Below are positions 1 through 8,943 of a stretch of 64,000 nt of DNA, piece by piece. Every line of letters begins with the position of its first letter. Position 1 is the first letter of the stretch. This stretch comes from a phage: the NCBI GenBank assembly GCA_027337125.1, contig GCA_027337125.1_3057.1; one strand, written 5' to 3'. The translations under genes were made by a program, and so were the position numbers. Below the pieces are notes generated by a model. The model was given only the letters and a program-made list of their open reading frames with translations, made no database searches and had not been told where the DNA came from.

Positions 1-2613
1 CGTGAAGTAGAATATCTTCCGACTATGTTTAGGCATTGTAAGGAAGAGTCAAAATACAAAGACATCTATGGTAAAAACTGTGCTCCTCAAAAATTTCCAT
101 CAATGAAAGATGCTCGAGATTGGATGAAGCGAATGGAAGACATCGGTCTCGAAGCTCTCGGTATGAACGATTTTAAACTCGCTTATATCAGTGATACATA
201 TGGTTCAGAAATTGTTTATGACCGAAAATTTGTTCGTGTAGCTAACTGTGACATTGAGGTTACTGGTGATAAATTTCCTGACCCAATGAAAGCAGAATAT
301 GAAATTGATGCTATCACTCATTATGATTCAATTGACGATCGTTTTTATGTTTTCGACCTTTTGAATTCAATGTATGGTTCAGTATCAAAATGGGATGCAA
401 AGTTAGCTGCTAAGCTTGACTGTGAAGGTGGTGATGAAGTTCCTCAAGAAATTCTTGACCGAGTAATTTATATGCCATTTGATAATGAGCGTGATATGCT
501 CATGGAATATATCAATCTCTGGGAACAGAAACGACCTGCTATTTTTACTGGTTGGAATATTGAGGGATTTGACGTTCCGTATATCATGAATCGCGTTAAA
601 ATGGTTCTCGGTGAACGTAGTATGAAACGTTTCTCTCCAATCGGTCGAGTAAAATCTAAACTAATTCAAAATGTGTACGGTAGCAAAGAAATTTATTCTA
701 TTGATGGCGTATCTATTCTTGATTATTTAGATTTGTATAAGAAATTCGCATTTACTAATTTACCGTCATTCTCTTTGGAATCAGTTGCTCAACATGAAAC
801 CAAAAAAGGTAAATTACCGTACGACGGTCCTATTAATAAACTTCGTGAGACTAATCATCAACGATACATTAGTTATAACATCATTGACGTAGAATCAGTT
901 CAAGCAATTGATAAAATTCGTGGGTTTATCGATCTAGTTTTAAGTATGTCTTATTATGCTAAAATGCCTTTTTCTGGTGTAATGAGTCCTATTAAAACTT
1001 GGGATGCTATTATTTTTAACTCGTTGAAAGGTGAACATAAGGTTATTCCTCAACAAGGTTCGCACGTTAAACAGAGTTTTCCGGGTGCATTTGTGTTTGA
1101 ACCTAAACCAATTGCTCGTCGATATATTATGAGTTTTGACTTGACGTCTCTGTATCCGAGTATTATTCGTCAGGTTAACATTAGTCCTGAGACTATTCGT
1201 GGGCAGTTTAAAGTTCATCCAATTCATGAATATATTGCAGGAACAGCTCCTAAACCGAGTGATGAATATTCTTGTTCTCCGAATGGATGGATGTATGATA
1301 AGCATCAAGAAGGTATCATTCCAAAGGAAATCGCTAAAGTATTTTTCCAGCGTAAAGACTGGAAAAAGAAAATGTTCGCTGAAGAAATGAATGCCGAAGC
1401 TATTAAAAAGATTATTATGAAAGGCGCAGGGTCTTGTTCAACTAAACCTGAAGTTGAACGATATGTTAAGTTCAGTGATGATTTCTTAAATGAACTATCG
1501 AATTACACCGAATCCGTTCTCAATAGTCTGATTGAAGAATGTGAAAAAGCAGCTACACTTGCTAACACAAATCAACTTAACCGTAAAATTCTTATTAACA
1601 GTCTTTATGGTGCTCTTGGTAATATTCATTTCCGTTACTATGATTTGCGAAATGCTACTGCTATCACAATTTTCGGCCAAGTCGGTATTCAGTGGATTGC
1701 TCGTAAAATTAATGAATATCTGAATAAAGTATGCGGAACTAATGGTGAAGATTTCATCGCAGCAGGTGATACTGATTCGGTATATGTTTGCGTAGATAAA
1801 GTTATTGAAAAAGTTGGTCTTGACCGATTCAAAGAGCAGAACGATTTAGTTGAATTCATGAATCAGTTCGGTAAGAAAAAGATGGAACCTATGATTGATG
1901 TTGCATATCGTGAGTTATGTGATTATATGAATAACCGCGAGCATCTGATGCATATGGACCGTGAAGCTATTTCTTGCCCTCCACTTGGTTCAAAGGGCGT
2001 AGGTGGATTTTGGAAAGCGAAAAAGCGTTATGCTCTGAACGTTTATGATATGGAAGATAAGCGATTTGCTGAACCGCATCTAAAAATCATGGGTATGGAA
2101 ACTCAGCAGAGTTCAACACCAAAAGCAGTGCAAGAAGCTCTCGAAGAAAGTATTCGTCGTATTCTTCAGGAAGGTGAAGAGTCTGTCCAAGAATACTACA
2201 AGAACTTCGAGAAAGAATATCGTCAACTTGACTATAAAGTTATTGCTGAAGTAAAAACTGCGAACGATATAGCGAAATATGATGATAAAGGTTGGCCAGG
2301 ATTTAAATGCCCGTTCCATATTCGCGGTGTGCTAACTTATCGTCGAGCTGTTAGTGGTCTAGGTGTAGCTCCAATTTTGGATGGAAATAAGGTAATGGTT
2401 CTTCCATTACGTGAAGGAAATCCATTTGGTGATAAGTGCATTGCTTGGCCATCGGGTACAGAACTTCCAAAAGAAATTCGTTCTGATGTGCTATCTTGGA
2501 TTGACCACTCAACTTTGTTCCAAAAATCGTTTGTTAAACCGCTTGCAGGTATGTGTGAATCGGCTGGCATGGACTATGAAGAAAAAGCTTCGTTAGACTT
2601 CCTGTTTGGCTGA
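1..2613 (+). CDS. 43: DNA polymerase gp43 (family B), 5'-truncated at window edge (frame open from nt 1)
   Basis: Long ORF whose translation matches T-even gp43 throughout; motifs SLYPS and GDTDS present; stop TGA 2611-2613. Confidence 0.95.
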   Translation, partial: REVEYLPTMFRHCKEESKYKDIYGKNCAPQKFPSMKDARDWMKRMEDIGLEALGMNDFKLAYISDTYGSEIVYDRKFVRVANCDIEVTGDKFPDPMKAEYEIDAITHYDSIDDRFYVFDLLNSMYGSVSKWDAKLAAKLDCEGGDEVPQEILDRVIYMPFDNERDMLMEYINLWEQKRPAIFTGWNIEGFDVPYIMNRVKMVLGERSMKRFSPIGRVKSKLIQNVYGSKEIYSIDGVSILDYLDLYKKFAFTNLPSFSLESVAQHETKKGKLPYDGPINKLRETNHQRYISYNIIDVESVQAIDKIRGFIDLVLSMSYYAKMPFSGVMSPIKTWDAIIFNSLKGEHKVIPQQGSHVKQSFPGAFVFEPKPIARRYIMSFDLTSLYPSIIRQVNISPETIRGQFKVHPIHEYIAGTAPKPSDEYSCSPNGWMYDKHQEGIIPKEIAKVFFQRKDWKKKMFAEEMNAEAIKKIIMKGAGSCSTKPEVERYVKFSDDFLNELSNYTESVLNSLIEECEKAATLANTNQLNRKILINSLYGALGNIHFRYYDLRNATAITIFGQVGIQWIARKINEYLNKVCGTNGEDFIAAGDTDSVYVCVDKVIEKVGLDRFKEQNDLVEFMNQFGKKKMEPMIDVAYRELCDYMNNREHLMHMDREAISCPPLGSKGVGGFWKAKKRYALNVYDMEDKRFAEPHLKIMGMETQQSSTPKAVQEALEESIRRILQEGEESVQEYYKNFEKEYRQLDYKVIAEVKTANDIAKYDDKGWPGFKCPFHIRGVLTYRRAVSGLGVAPILDGNKVMVLPLREGNPFGDKCIAWPSGTELPKEIRSDVLSWIDHSTLFQKSFVKPLAGMCESAGMDYEEKASLDFLFG

Positions 2614-2626
2614 TAGAATAAATCTA

Positions 2627-2648
2627 GGGACCTCCAGGTCCCTTTTTC
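2627..2648 (+). terminator. Intrinsic terminator downstream of gene 43
   Basis: GGGACC-tcca-GGTCCC hairpin followed by TTTTT. Confidence 0.65.
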
Positions 2649-2710
2649 ATACAAGTAATATAAATCTATACTTATGAAAAAGAGATGATTCTGGACCCTT
2701 TGGATTCCCT

Positions 2711-2760
2711 AAAAATTTTTTCACAAAACTGTTTACATCCCTGTTCTTCTATGGTACTAT
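2711..2760 (+). promoter_or_regulatory. T-even early promoter (A/T-rich UP region, -35 GTTTAC 2731-2736, -10 TACTAT 2755-2760)
   Basis: Matches T4 early promoter architecture; member of a repeated promoter cassette family. Confidence 0.6.
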
Positions 2761-2797
2761 ACAACTATCAACTACTGATACGGATTTGGAGAATGAA

Positions 2798-3034
2798 ATG
2801 AAAATTGTTATGGGATGCTTAGCAGTTTGTTTAGTTGCATTAGCAGCAGTTCCATTTGTTAGTGTTGAAAATGATACCCAACCTGTGATTGAATCTAGCA
2901 CTGTTATTCACACTAATGGTAAAATATCAGTTAAAATTGATGATAATCTTCATGTGAATACAAATGGATCTTTAGGTGTGCAAATAGGTAATACCTGCAT
3001 AAGCACTATTGGAGTAATTACTACTTGCATTTGA
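2798..3034 (+). CDS. Small secreted/membrane protein (N-terminal hydrophobic signal-like segment)
   Basis: ATG 2798 preceded by GGAG; track ORF 2786 uses TTG and is less likely; position between 43 and imm. Confidence 0.55.
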   Translation: MKIVMGCLAVCLVALAAVPFVSVENDTQPVIESSTVIHTNGKISVKIDDNLHVNTNGSLGVQIGNTCISTIGVITTCI

Positions 3035-3044
3035 GGAAATTATT

Positions 3045-3425
3045 ATGAAAATCGCTATTTTGGTTATTGCATTAGGTCTTACTGGTTGTGTAGCTCAAGG
3101 ACCGGTAGTAAATCAGTCTGATGTAGGAAAAATTGTAAACTGTTCAAGCAAGTTTTATAATCCTAATGTCAAGTGTTATAAAGAAGCTCCAAAACAGACA
3201 GTAGAACAAATGCAGGCGAATTTTGACGAAGCTATTCGTCCAGATGAATCTGCCCAAGCATATCGTAATTCAGATGTGATTACACGTGAAGAAAAAATTG
3301 AAAACTACTGTGCTGAACTTTGGGCAAATTGGGCTAATAATTACCAATGGCGTACCGGTAAAAATGCTCCGATGGAGTATGTAGTAAATTCTTATAATTC
3401 ATGCGTAAAAAATTTGACTAAGTGA
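3045..3425 (+). CDS. Putative lipoprotein (126 aa; signal peptide with LTGC lipobox)
   Basis: ATG with GAGG RBS; MKIAILVIALGLTGC N-terminus. Confidence 0.6.
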   Translation: MKIAILVIALGLTGCVAQGPVVNQSDVGKIVNCSSKFYNPNVKCYKEAPKQTVEQMQANFDEAIRPDESAQAYRNSDVITREEKIENYCAELWANWANNYQWRTGKNAPMEYVVNSYNSCVKNLTK

Positions 3426-3432
3426 GGAAAAT

Positions 3433-3684
3433 ATGGAAACTTTAGTAGCAGGTTCAATTTTTATGGTTTTAGTTTCAGGTGTGTTGGCTATTATTATATA
3501 CATGCTTCCTTGGTTCATTGCCTTGATGCGTGGGTCAAAATCGACAGTAGGAATCTTTTTTACATCTTTACTGTTTAACTGGTCAATCATTGGTTGGTTT
3601 ATTACATTTATTTGGTCAATTGCGGGTGAAACTAAAAAGTCAACACAGCCAAATCAAGTAATTATCATCAGAGAGAAGGAATGA
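3433..3684 (+). CDS. imm: Immunity to superinfection membrane protein Imm (83 aa)
   Basis: 83-aa two-TM protein at the position of T4 imm between 43 and 42; GAGG RBS. Confidence 0.8.
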   Translation: METLVAGSIFMVLVSGVLAIIIYMLPWFIALMRGSKSTVGIFFTSLLFNWSIIGWFITFIWSIAGETKKSTQPNQVIIIREKE

Positions 3685-3830
3685 AAAGCAAAATTTTAGC
3701 AGTATTGCTTTTAATCTTGATGATTATAATAAGTATATACTATAGTGTAACGGTTCCTCTTATGATTCCAACTATTATTTTAGGTTGGGGTTTATTACTG
3801 TTACAAGTTAAATATGAATGTATCAATTGA
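3681..3830 (+). CDS. Small hydrophobic membrane peptide (49 aa), not in ORF track
   Basis: ATG overlaps imm stop (ATGA); uninterrupted hydrophobic ORF fills the imm-42 gap; ends just before 42 RBS. Confidence 0.4.
   Translation: MKSKILAVLLLILMIIISIYYSVTVPLMIPTIILGWGLLLLQVKYECIN
3707..3730 (+). promoter_or_regulatory. Candidate MotA-dependent middle promoter upstream of gene 42 (MotA box TGCTTTTA, -10 TATAAT 3725-3730)
   Basis: TGCTT box about 18 nt upstream of a TATAAT hexamer. Confidence 0.35.
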
Positions 3831-3837
3831 GGTTTAA

Positions 3838-4578
3838 ATGATTAATGATTCTTTGACAGTTGAAGAAATCCGTCTTCATTTGGGAATTGCATTAAAGGAA
3901 AAAGATTTCGTAATTGATAAAACTGGTGTTAAAACTATTGAAATTATTGGCGCATCATTTGTAGCAGATGAACCGTTTATTTTTGGCGCTCTTAATGATG
4001 AATACATTCAGCGTGAACTTGAATGGTACAAGTCTCAAAGTCTGTTTGTTAAAGATATTCCAGGCGAAACGCCAAAGATTTGGCAACAGGTAGCATCTTC
4101 TAAAGGTGAAATTAACTCGAATTATGGTTGGGCTATCTGGTCAGAAGATAACTATGCCCAGTATGATATGTGTTTAGCTGAACTTGGTCAAAATCCTGAT
4201 TCTCGCCGCGGTATCATGATTTATACTCGTCCATCCATGCAGTTTGACTACAACAAAGATGGTATGTCAGATTTCATGTGTACGAATACAGTACAGTACC
4301 TGATTCGTGATAAGAAAGTCAATGCAGTAGTAAGCATGCGTTCAAATGACGTGGTCTTTGGATTCCGTAATGATTATGCATGGCAAAAATACGTACTAGA
4401 TAAATTAGTATCTGATTTGAATGCAGGTGATTCAACTCGTCAGTATAAAGCAGGTTCCATTATATGGAATGTTGGAAGCCTTCATGTGTATTCTCGTCAT
4501 TTTTATTTGGTTGACCATTGGTGGAAAACTGGCGAAACTCATATTGCGAAAAAAGATTATAACGGTGAGTGGAAATGA
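3838..4578 (+). CDS. 42: dCMP hydroxymethylase gp42 (246 aa)
   Basis: Translation matches T4 gp42 in sequence and length; thymidylate-synthase-like fold motifs. Confidence 0.93.
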   Translation: MINDSLTVEEIRLHLGIALKEKDFVIDKTGVKTIEIIGASFVADEPFIFGALNDEYIQRELEWYKSQSLFVKDIPGETPKIWQQVASSKGEINSNYGWAIWSEDNYAQYDMCLAELGQNPDSRRGIMIYTRPSMQFDYNKDGMSDFMCTNTVQYLIRDKKVNAVVSMRSNDVVFGFRNDYAWQKYVLDKLVSDLNAGDSTRQYKAGSIIWNVGSLHVYSRHFYLVDHWWKTGETHIAKKDYNGEWK

Positions 4579-5417
4579 TTCAATTCGTAATTCCAAGCTA
4601 TCAACGTGTAGGGGCAGTTTCTGCCCTTGATATGTTTCCGACTGATTATGAACCTCATATTGTAGTACGTAAACACGAAGAAAAAGCTTATTATGACGCT
4701 TATGGGTCTAGAGCTAAAATTATAACTATTCCTGATGATGTTAATGGAATTGCTGGAACTCGTAAAGCAATTACTGATATGTATGCAGGTCAACGAATCT
4801 GGATGATTGACGATGATACTACGATTCGTATGAGTTCAATACGAAAGAGAGACGATAAACGGCGCGTAGATAAAATTAATCAATTAACTCGTGAACAGTT
4901 CTATGAATTGATTCAATACGTTGAAGATGCCATGGATTGCGGGTATTATCATGGCCATGCTCGTCTACCAATTTTTAAAATTACTTCATCTTGGGGTAAT
5001 TATCGTGAAAACTCATATGGATTCACGAATACGTGGTATGACCTCGGAAAACTTACGACAGAACAAATTGGGTATGGAAAAATTGATTTATGCGAAGATA
5101 TGTATGCATTTCTCAATTTAATTAATCAAGGTTATCCGCATTTGGCCTTGTTCAAATATCTAGTTGTATCTGGAAAATCACACGCTCCCGGTGGGTGTAG
5201 TTCAATTCGTAGTAATTCTAAACATAATAGAGCGCTTGAGCAAATCAATAGAGAGTTTCCAGAGCAAGCTCGTTGGAAAACTTCTAATATTGAAAAACGA
5301 AAATCGTTGGGTGAAGAAGATGAACCATTAAAGGTTCTTCGCATGTGTGTTTCGCGTAAAGAAAAATCAGAAGCATTTCATAAGTTTAATGCTATTCATC
5401 CAATAGCAGTTGATTAA
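4575..5417 (+). CDS. GT2-like (GT-A fold) glycosyltransferase, putative HMC-DNA sugar transferase at the beta-gt locus
   Basis: ATG overlaps gene 42 stop (ATGA); N-terminal IPSYQR and DDD (DxD) motifs typical of family 2 glycosyltransferases; 280 aa, unlike T4 beta-gt (351 aa). Confidence 0.6.
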   Translation: MIQFVIPSYQRVGAVSALDMFPTDYEPHIVVRKHEEKAYYDAYGSRAKIITIPDDVNGIAGTRKAITDMYAGQRIWMIDDDTTIRMSSIRKRDDKRRVDKINQLTREQFYELIQYVEDAMDCGYYHGHARLPIFKITSSWGNYRENSYGFTNTWYDLGKLTTEQIGYGKIDLCEDMYAFLNLINQGYPHLALFKYLVVSGKSHAPGGCSSIRSNSKHNRALEQINREFPEQARWKTSNIEKRKSLGEEDEPLKVLRMCVSRKEKSEAFHKFNAIHPIAVD

Positions 5418-5494
5418 TGCCTAAATTTATTGTGTTATAATTACTCTATCTTTAACCAGTGAGGAAAATATAATGATGCCTATGGAAAAAATGA

Positions 5495-6676
5495 ATGTCT
5501 ATTGCAGATTTAAAATCCCGTTTGATTAAAGCTTCCACTTCTAAAATGACTGCTGAACTGACTACATCTAAATTCTTTAATGAAAAGGATGTAATTCGTA
5601 CAAAAATCCCAATGCTTAATATTGCTATTTCTGGTGCGATTGATGGCGGTATGCAGTCTGGTTTAACTATTTTCGCAGGGCCTTCTAAACACTTTAAATC
5701 AAATATGTCTTTGACTATGGTTGCGGCATATTTGAACAAATATCCTGATGCAGTTTGTCTATTCTATGATAGCGAATTTGGTATTACTCCAGCTTATTTG
5801 CGATCCATGGGAGTTGACCCGGAACGAGTAATTCATACGCCAATCCAGTCAGTTGAACAGCTAAAAATTGATATGGTGAATCAGCTTGAAGCTATTGAGC
5901 GCGGTGAAAAGGTTATTGTATTCATCGACTCAATCGGTAATATGGCTTCTAAGAAAGAAACGGAAGATGCCCTGAATGAAAAATCTGTGGCAGATATGAC
6001 TCGTGCTAAATCACTGAAGTCATTATTCCGTATTGTTACTCCTTACTTTAGCATTAAAAATATTCCGTGTGTTGCGGTTAACCATACAATTGAAACAATT
6101 GAAATGTTTAGTAAAACCGTGATGACAGGTGGTACAGGCGTAATGTATTCGGCTGATACCGTATTCATTATCGGTAAACGTCAGATTAAAGATGGTTCTG
6201 ATCTTCAGGGGTATCAATTTGTTCTAAATGTAGAAAAATCTCGTACTGTTAAAGAAAAAAGTAAATTCTTTATTGATGTTAAATTTGACGGTGGTATCGA
6301 TCCTTATTCTGGATTGTTAGATATGGCTCTAGAATTAGGATTTGTAGTAAAACCTAAAAATGGCTGGTATGCTCGTGAATTTCTTGACGAAGAAACCGGC
6401 GAGATGATTCGCGAAGAAAAATCTTGGCGTGCAAAAGATACCAACTGCACTACATTCTGGGGTCCTTTATTTAAGCATCAACCATTCCGAGATGCTATTA
6501 AACGTGCTTATCAGTTAGGTGCTATTGATAGTAATGAAATTGTTGAAGCTGAAGTTGATGAATTGATTAACTCAAAGGTTGAAAAATTTAAATCTCCAGA
6601 AAGTAAAAGTAAATCAGCTGCTGATTTAGAAACTGACCTCGAGCAGTTAAGTGATATGGAAGAATTTAATGAGTAA
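5495..6676 (+). CDS. uvsX: UvsX recombinase (RecA/Rad51 family)
   Basis: Translation matches T4 UvsX; Walker A-like GPSKHFKS; 393 aa. Confidence 0.93.
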   Translation: MSIADLKSRLIKASTSKMTAELTTSKFFNEKDVIRTKIPMLNIAISGAIDGGMQSGLTIFAGPSKHFKSNMSLTMVAAYLNKYPDAVCLFYDSEFGITPAYLRSMGVDPERVIHTPIQSVEQLKIDMVNQLEAIERGEKVIVFIDSIGNMASKKETEDALNEKSVADMTRAKSLKSLFRIVTPYFSIKNIPCVAVNHTIETIEMFSKTVMTGGTGVMYSADTVFIIGKRQIKDGSDLQGYQFVLNVEKSRTVKEKSKFFIDVKFDGGIDPYSGLLDMALELGFVVKPKNGWYAREFLDEETGEMIREEKSWRAKDTNCTTFWGPLFKHQPFRDAIKRAYQLGAIDSNEIVEAEVDELINSKVEKFKSPESKSKSAADLETDLEQLSDMEEFNE

Positions 6677-7019
6677 AGATGATTTAGATTTAGATTTAGA
6701 TCTAGAAATTATCGATGAATCCCCCTCTTCGGAGGGGGAAGAAGAAAGAAAAGAACGTCTTTTTAATGAATCTCTTAAGATAATTAAATCTGCCATGGAA
6801 AATGTTATCCAGGAGATTGTCATTAAACTAGAAGATGGTTCTACACACATTGTGTATGTGACAAAATTAGATTGGGTTGATGGAAAAGTCGTAATGGACT
6901 TTGCTGTTCTTGACCAAGAAAGAAAAGCTGAGTTAGCTCCTCATGTAGAAAAATGTATTACAATGCAACTACAAGATGCATTTAATAAAAGGTCAAAGAA
7001 AAAATTTAAATTCTTTTAA
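6669..7019 (+). CDS. 40: gp40 head-assembly membrane protein (start at ATG 6669; track start 6651 is GTG)
   Basis: Position between uvsX and 41; N-terminal DLDLDLDL acidic repeat; ATG in frame 18 nt downstream of track start. Confidence 0.7.
   Translation: MSKDDLDLDLDLEIIDESPSSEGEEERKERLFNESLKIIKSAMENVIQEIVIKLEDGSTHIVYVTKLDWVDGKVVMDFAVLDQERKAELAPHVEKCITMQLQDAFNKRSKKKFKFF
6721..6738 (+). other. Stable RNA hairpin inside gp40 coding sequence (CCCCCUC-UUCG-GAGGGGG)
   Basis: Perfect 7-bp G/C stem capped by UUCG tetraloop. Confidence 0.6.
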
Positions 7020-7028
7020 GGAGTAAGT

Positions 7029-8456
7029 GTGGTAGAAATTATTCTTTCTCATCTCATATTTGATCAAGCTTATTTTTCAAAAGTTTGGCCATATATGGAT
7101 TCAGAATATTTTGAAAGTGGTCCAGCTAAAAATACATTCAAATTAATTAAATCTCATGTTAATGAGTACCATAGCGTTCCATCTATTAATGCGTTAAATG
7201 TTGCATTAGAAAATAGTTCATTTACTGAAACAGAATATTCTGGTGTAAAAACACTTATTTCGAAACTAGCCGATTCTCCAGAAGACCACAGCTGGTTAGT
7301 AAAAGAAACAGAAAAATATGTTCAGCAAAGGGCGATGTTTAATGCTACGTCTAAAATAATTGAAATTCAAACTAATGCTGAGCTTCCTCCGGAAAAACGA
7401 AATAAGAAAATGCCGGATGTTGGTGCTATTCCTGACATCATGCGCCAAGCATTATCAATTTCATTTGATAGTTACGTTGGCCATGATTGGATGGATGACT
7501 ACGAAGCACGTTGGCTATCTTATATGAATAAAGCTCGTAAGGTTCCATTTAAACTCAAAATTCTAAATAAAATTACTAAAGGCGGAGCTGAGACTGGAAC
7601 ACTGAACGTTTTAATGGCTGGTGTTAACGTTGGTAAGTCATTAGGTCTATGTTCATTGGCAGCAGATTATTTACAACTCGGTCATAATGTTCTTTACATT
7701 TCAATGGAAATGGCAGAAGAAGTCTGTGCTAAACGTATTGACGCTAATATGCTCGATGTTTCTCTTGATGACATTGATGATGGGCATATTTCTTATGCTG
7801 AGTATAAAGGAAAAATGGAAAAATGGCGTGAGAAATCTACTCTCGGCCGTTTAATCGTTAAACAGTATCCTACTGGCGGAGCAGACGCTAATACATTTAG
7901 ATCGCTTTTAAACGAATTAAAGCTCAAGAAGAATTTTGTTCCAACAATCATTATTGTTGACTATCTAGGTATTTGTAAATCTTGCCGCATCAGAGTTTAC
8001 TCAGAAAATAGTTACACAACTGTTAAAGCTATCGCAGAGGAATTGCGTGCTCTGGCTGTTGAAACAGAAACTGTTCTTTGGACTGCAGCGCAGGTTGGTA
8101 AACAAGCTTGGGATTCTTCCGATGTTAACATGAGCGATATTGCAGAATCCGCCGGTCTTCCAGCAACAGCCGATTTTATGCTTGCGGTCATTGAAACCGA
8201 GGAGTTAGCAGCTGCTGAACAACAACTCATTAAGCAAATCAAATCACGATATGGTGATAAGAATAAATGGAATAAGTTTTTGATGGGTGTTCAAAAAGGA
8301 AATCAGAAATGGGTAGAAATTGAACAAGATTCTACTCCAACTGAAGTGAACGAAGTAGCAGGTTCACAGCAGATTCAGGCTGAACAGAACCGCTATCAAA
8401 GAAACGAATCTACTCGAGCTCAGTTAGATGCTTTGGCGAATGAATTAAAATTTTAG
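7029..8456 (+). CDS. 41: Replicative DNA helicase gp41 (DnaB-like), GTG start
   Basis: 475 aa; Walker A GVNVGKS; GGAG RBS 5 nt upstream of GTG. Confidence 0.93.
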   Translation: MVEIILSHLIFDQAYFSKVWPYMDSEYFESGPAKNTFKLIKSHVNEYHSVPSINALNVALENSSFTETEYSGVKTLISKLADSPEDHSWLVKETEKYVQQRAMFNATSKIIEIQTNAELPPEKRNKKMPDVGAIPDIMRQALSISFDSYVGHDWMDDYEARWLSYMNKARKVPFKLKILNKITKGGAETGTLNVLMAGVNVGKSLGLCSLAADYLQLGHNVLYISMEMAEEVCAKRIDANMLDVSLDDIDDGHISYAEYKGKMEKWREKSTLGRLIVKQYPTGGADANTFRSLLNELKLKKNFVPTIIIVDYLGICKSCRIRVYSENSYTTVKAIAEELRALAVETETVLWTAAQVGKQAWDSSDVNMSDIAESAGLPATADFMLAVIETEELAAAEQQLIKQIKSRYGDKNKWNKFLMGVQKGNQKWVEIEQDSTPTEVNEVAGSQQIQAEQNRYQRNESTRAQLDALANELKF

Positions 8457-8493
8457 TTTACAAGCTGACAAGACTATGGTATAGTAGTCTTGT
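8456..8493 (+). promoter_or_regulatory. Early promoter (GTTTAC 8456-8461, -10 TATAGT) with 9-bp inverted repeat 8468-8476/8485-8493 enclosing the -10
   Basis: Promoter consensus plus perfect inverted repeat ACAAGACTA/TAGTCTTGT. Confidence 0.55.
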
Positions 8494-8514
8494 TGGTTAA
8501 ATGAGGAGATCGTT

Positions 8515-8697
8515 ATGGAATTGGTAAAGGTAGTTTTTATGGGGTGGTTTAAGAATGAAAGCGTGTTTACTAAAGAAATCACAATGATGAAAGATGACGT
8601 TCAATGGGCTACTACTCAATATGCTGAAGTTAATAAAGCATTAGTTAAAGCTTTCATTGATGACAAGAAAGTGTGTGAAGTGGATTGCAGAGGATAA
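8515..8697 (+). CDS. dmd: Dmd antitoxin (inhibitor of host RnlA/LsoA toxins), 60 aa
   Basis: 60-aa ORF with GAGGAG RBS immediately downstream of 41; sequence matches T4 Dmd (gene 61.5). Confidence 0.75.
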   Translation: MELVKVVFMGWFKNESVFTKEITMMKDDVQWATTQYAEVNKALVKAFIDDKKVCEVDCRG

Positions 8698-8698
8698 T

Positions 8699-8941
8699 AT
8701 GCACATTGTTTTATTTAAACCTACTCCGTATAATGTCAAGAAAAATACTCAATTCAAAGCACTTGTTGCAGATACGTGGGAATTGGTGTTAGATATTCCA
8801 GCAGAAGAAAGTCCTCCATTTGGTCGAGTGGAATTTATTAAGTTTGCTGTGCGCCCTACGAAGCGACAGATTCGCCAATGCAAAAGATACTTTCGTAAAA
8901 TCGTCAAGTTAGAGAAACAGTTATTGATGCTAGTAAAATAG
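8699..8941 (+). CDS. Hypothetical protein (80 aa; basic C-terminus)
   Basis: ATG 8699 with AGAGGA RBS; 61.x-type small ORF. Confidence 0.5.
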   Translation: MHIVLFKPTPYNVKKNTQFKALVADTWELVLDIPAEESPPFGRVEFIKFAVRPTKRQIRQCKRYFRKIVKLEKQLLMLVK

Positions 8942-8943
8942 TA

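Noticed and set aside
940-2570. Several 60-120-aa ORFs on the - strand and in alternative + frames inside gene 43
   Set aside because: Entirely embedded in the polymerase ORF, low-complexity translations, no RBS; typical antisense artifacts of A/T-rich coding sequence.
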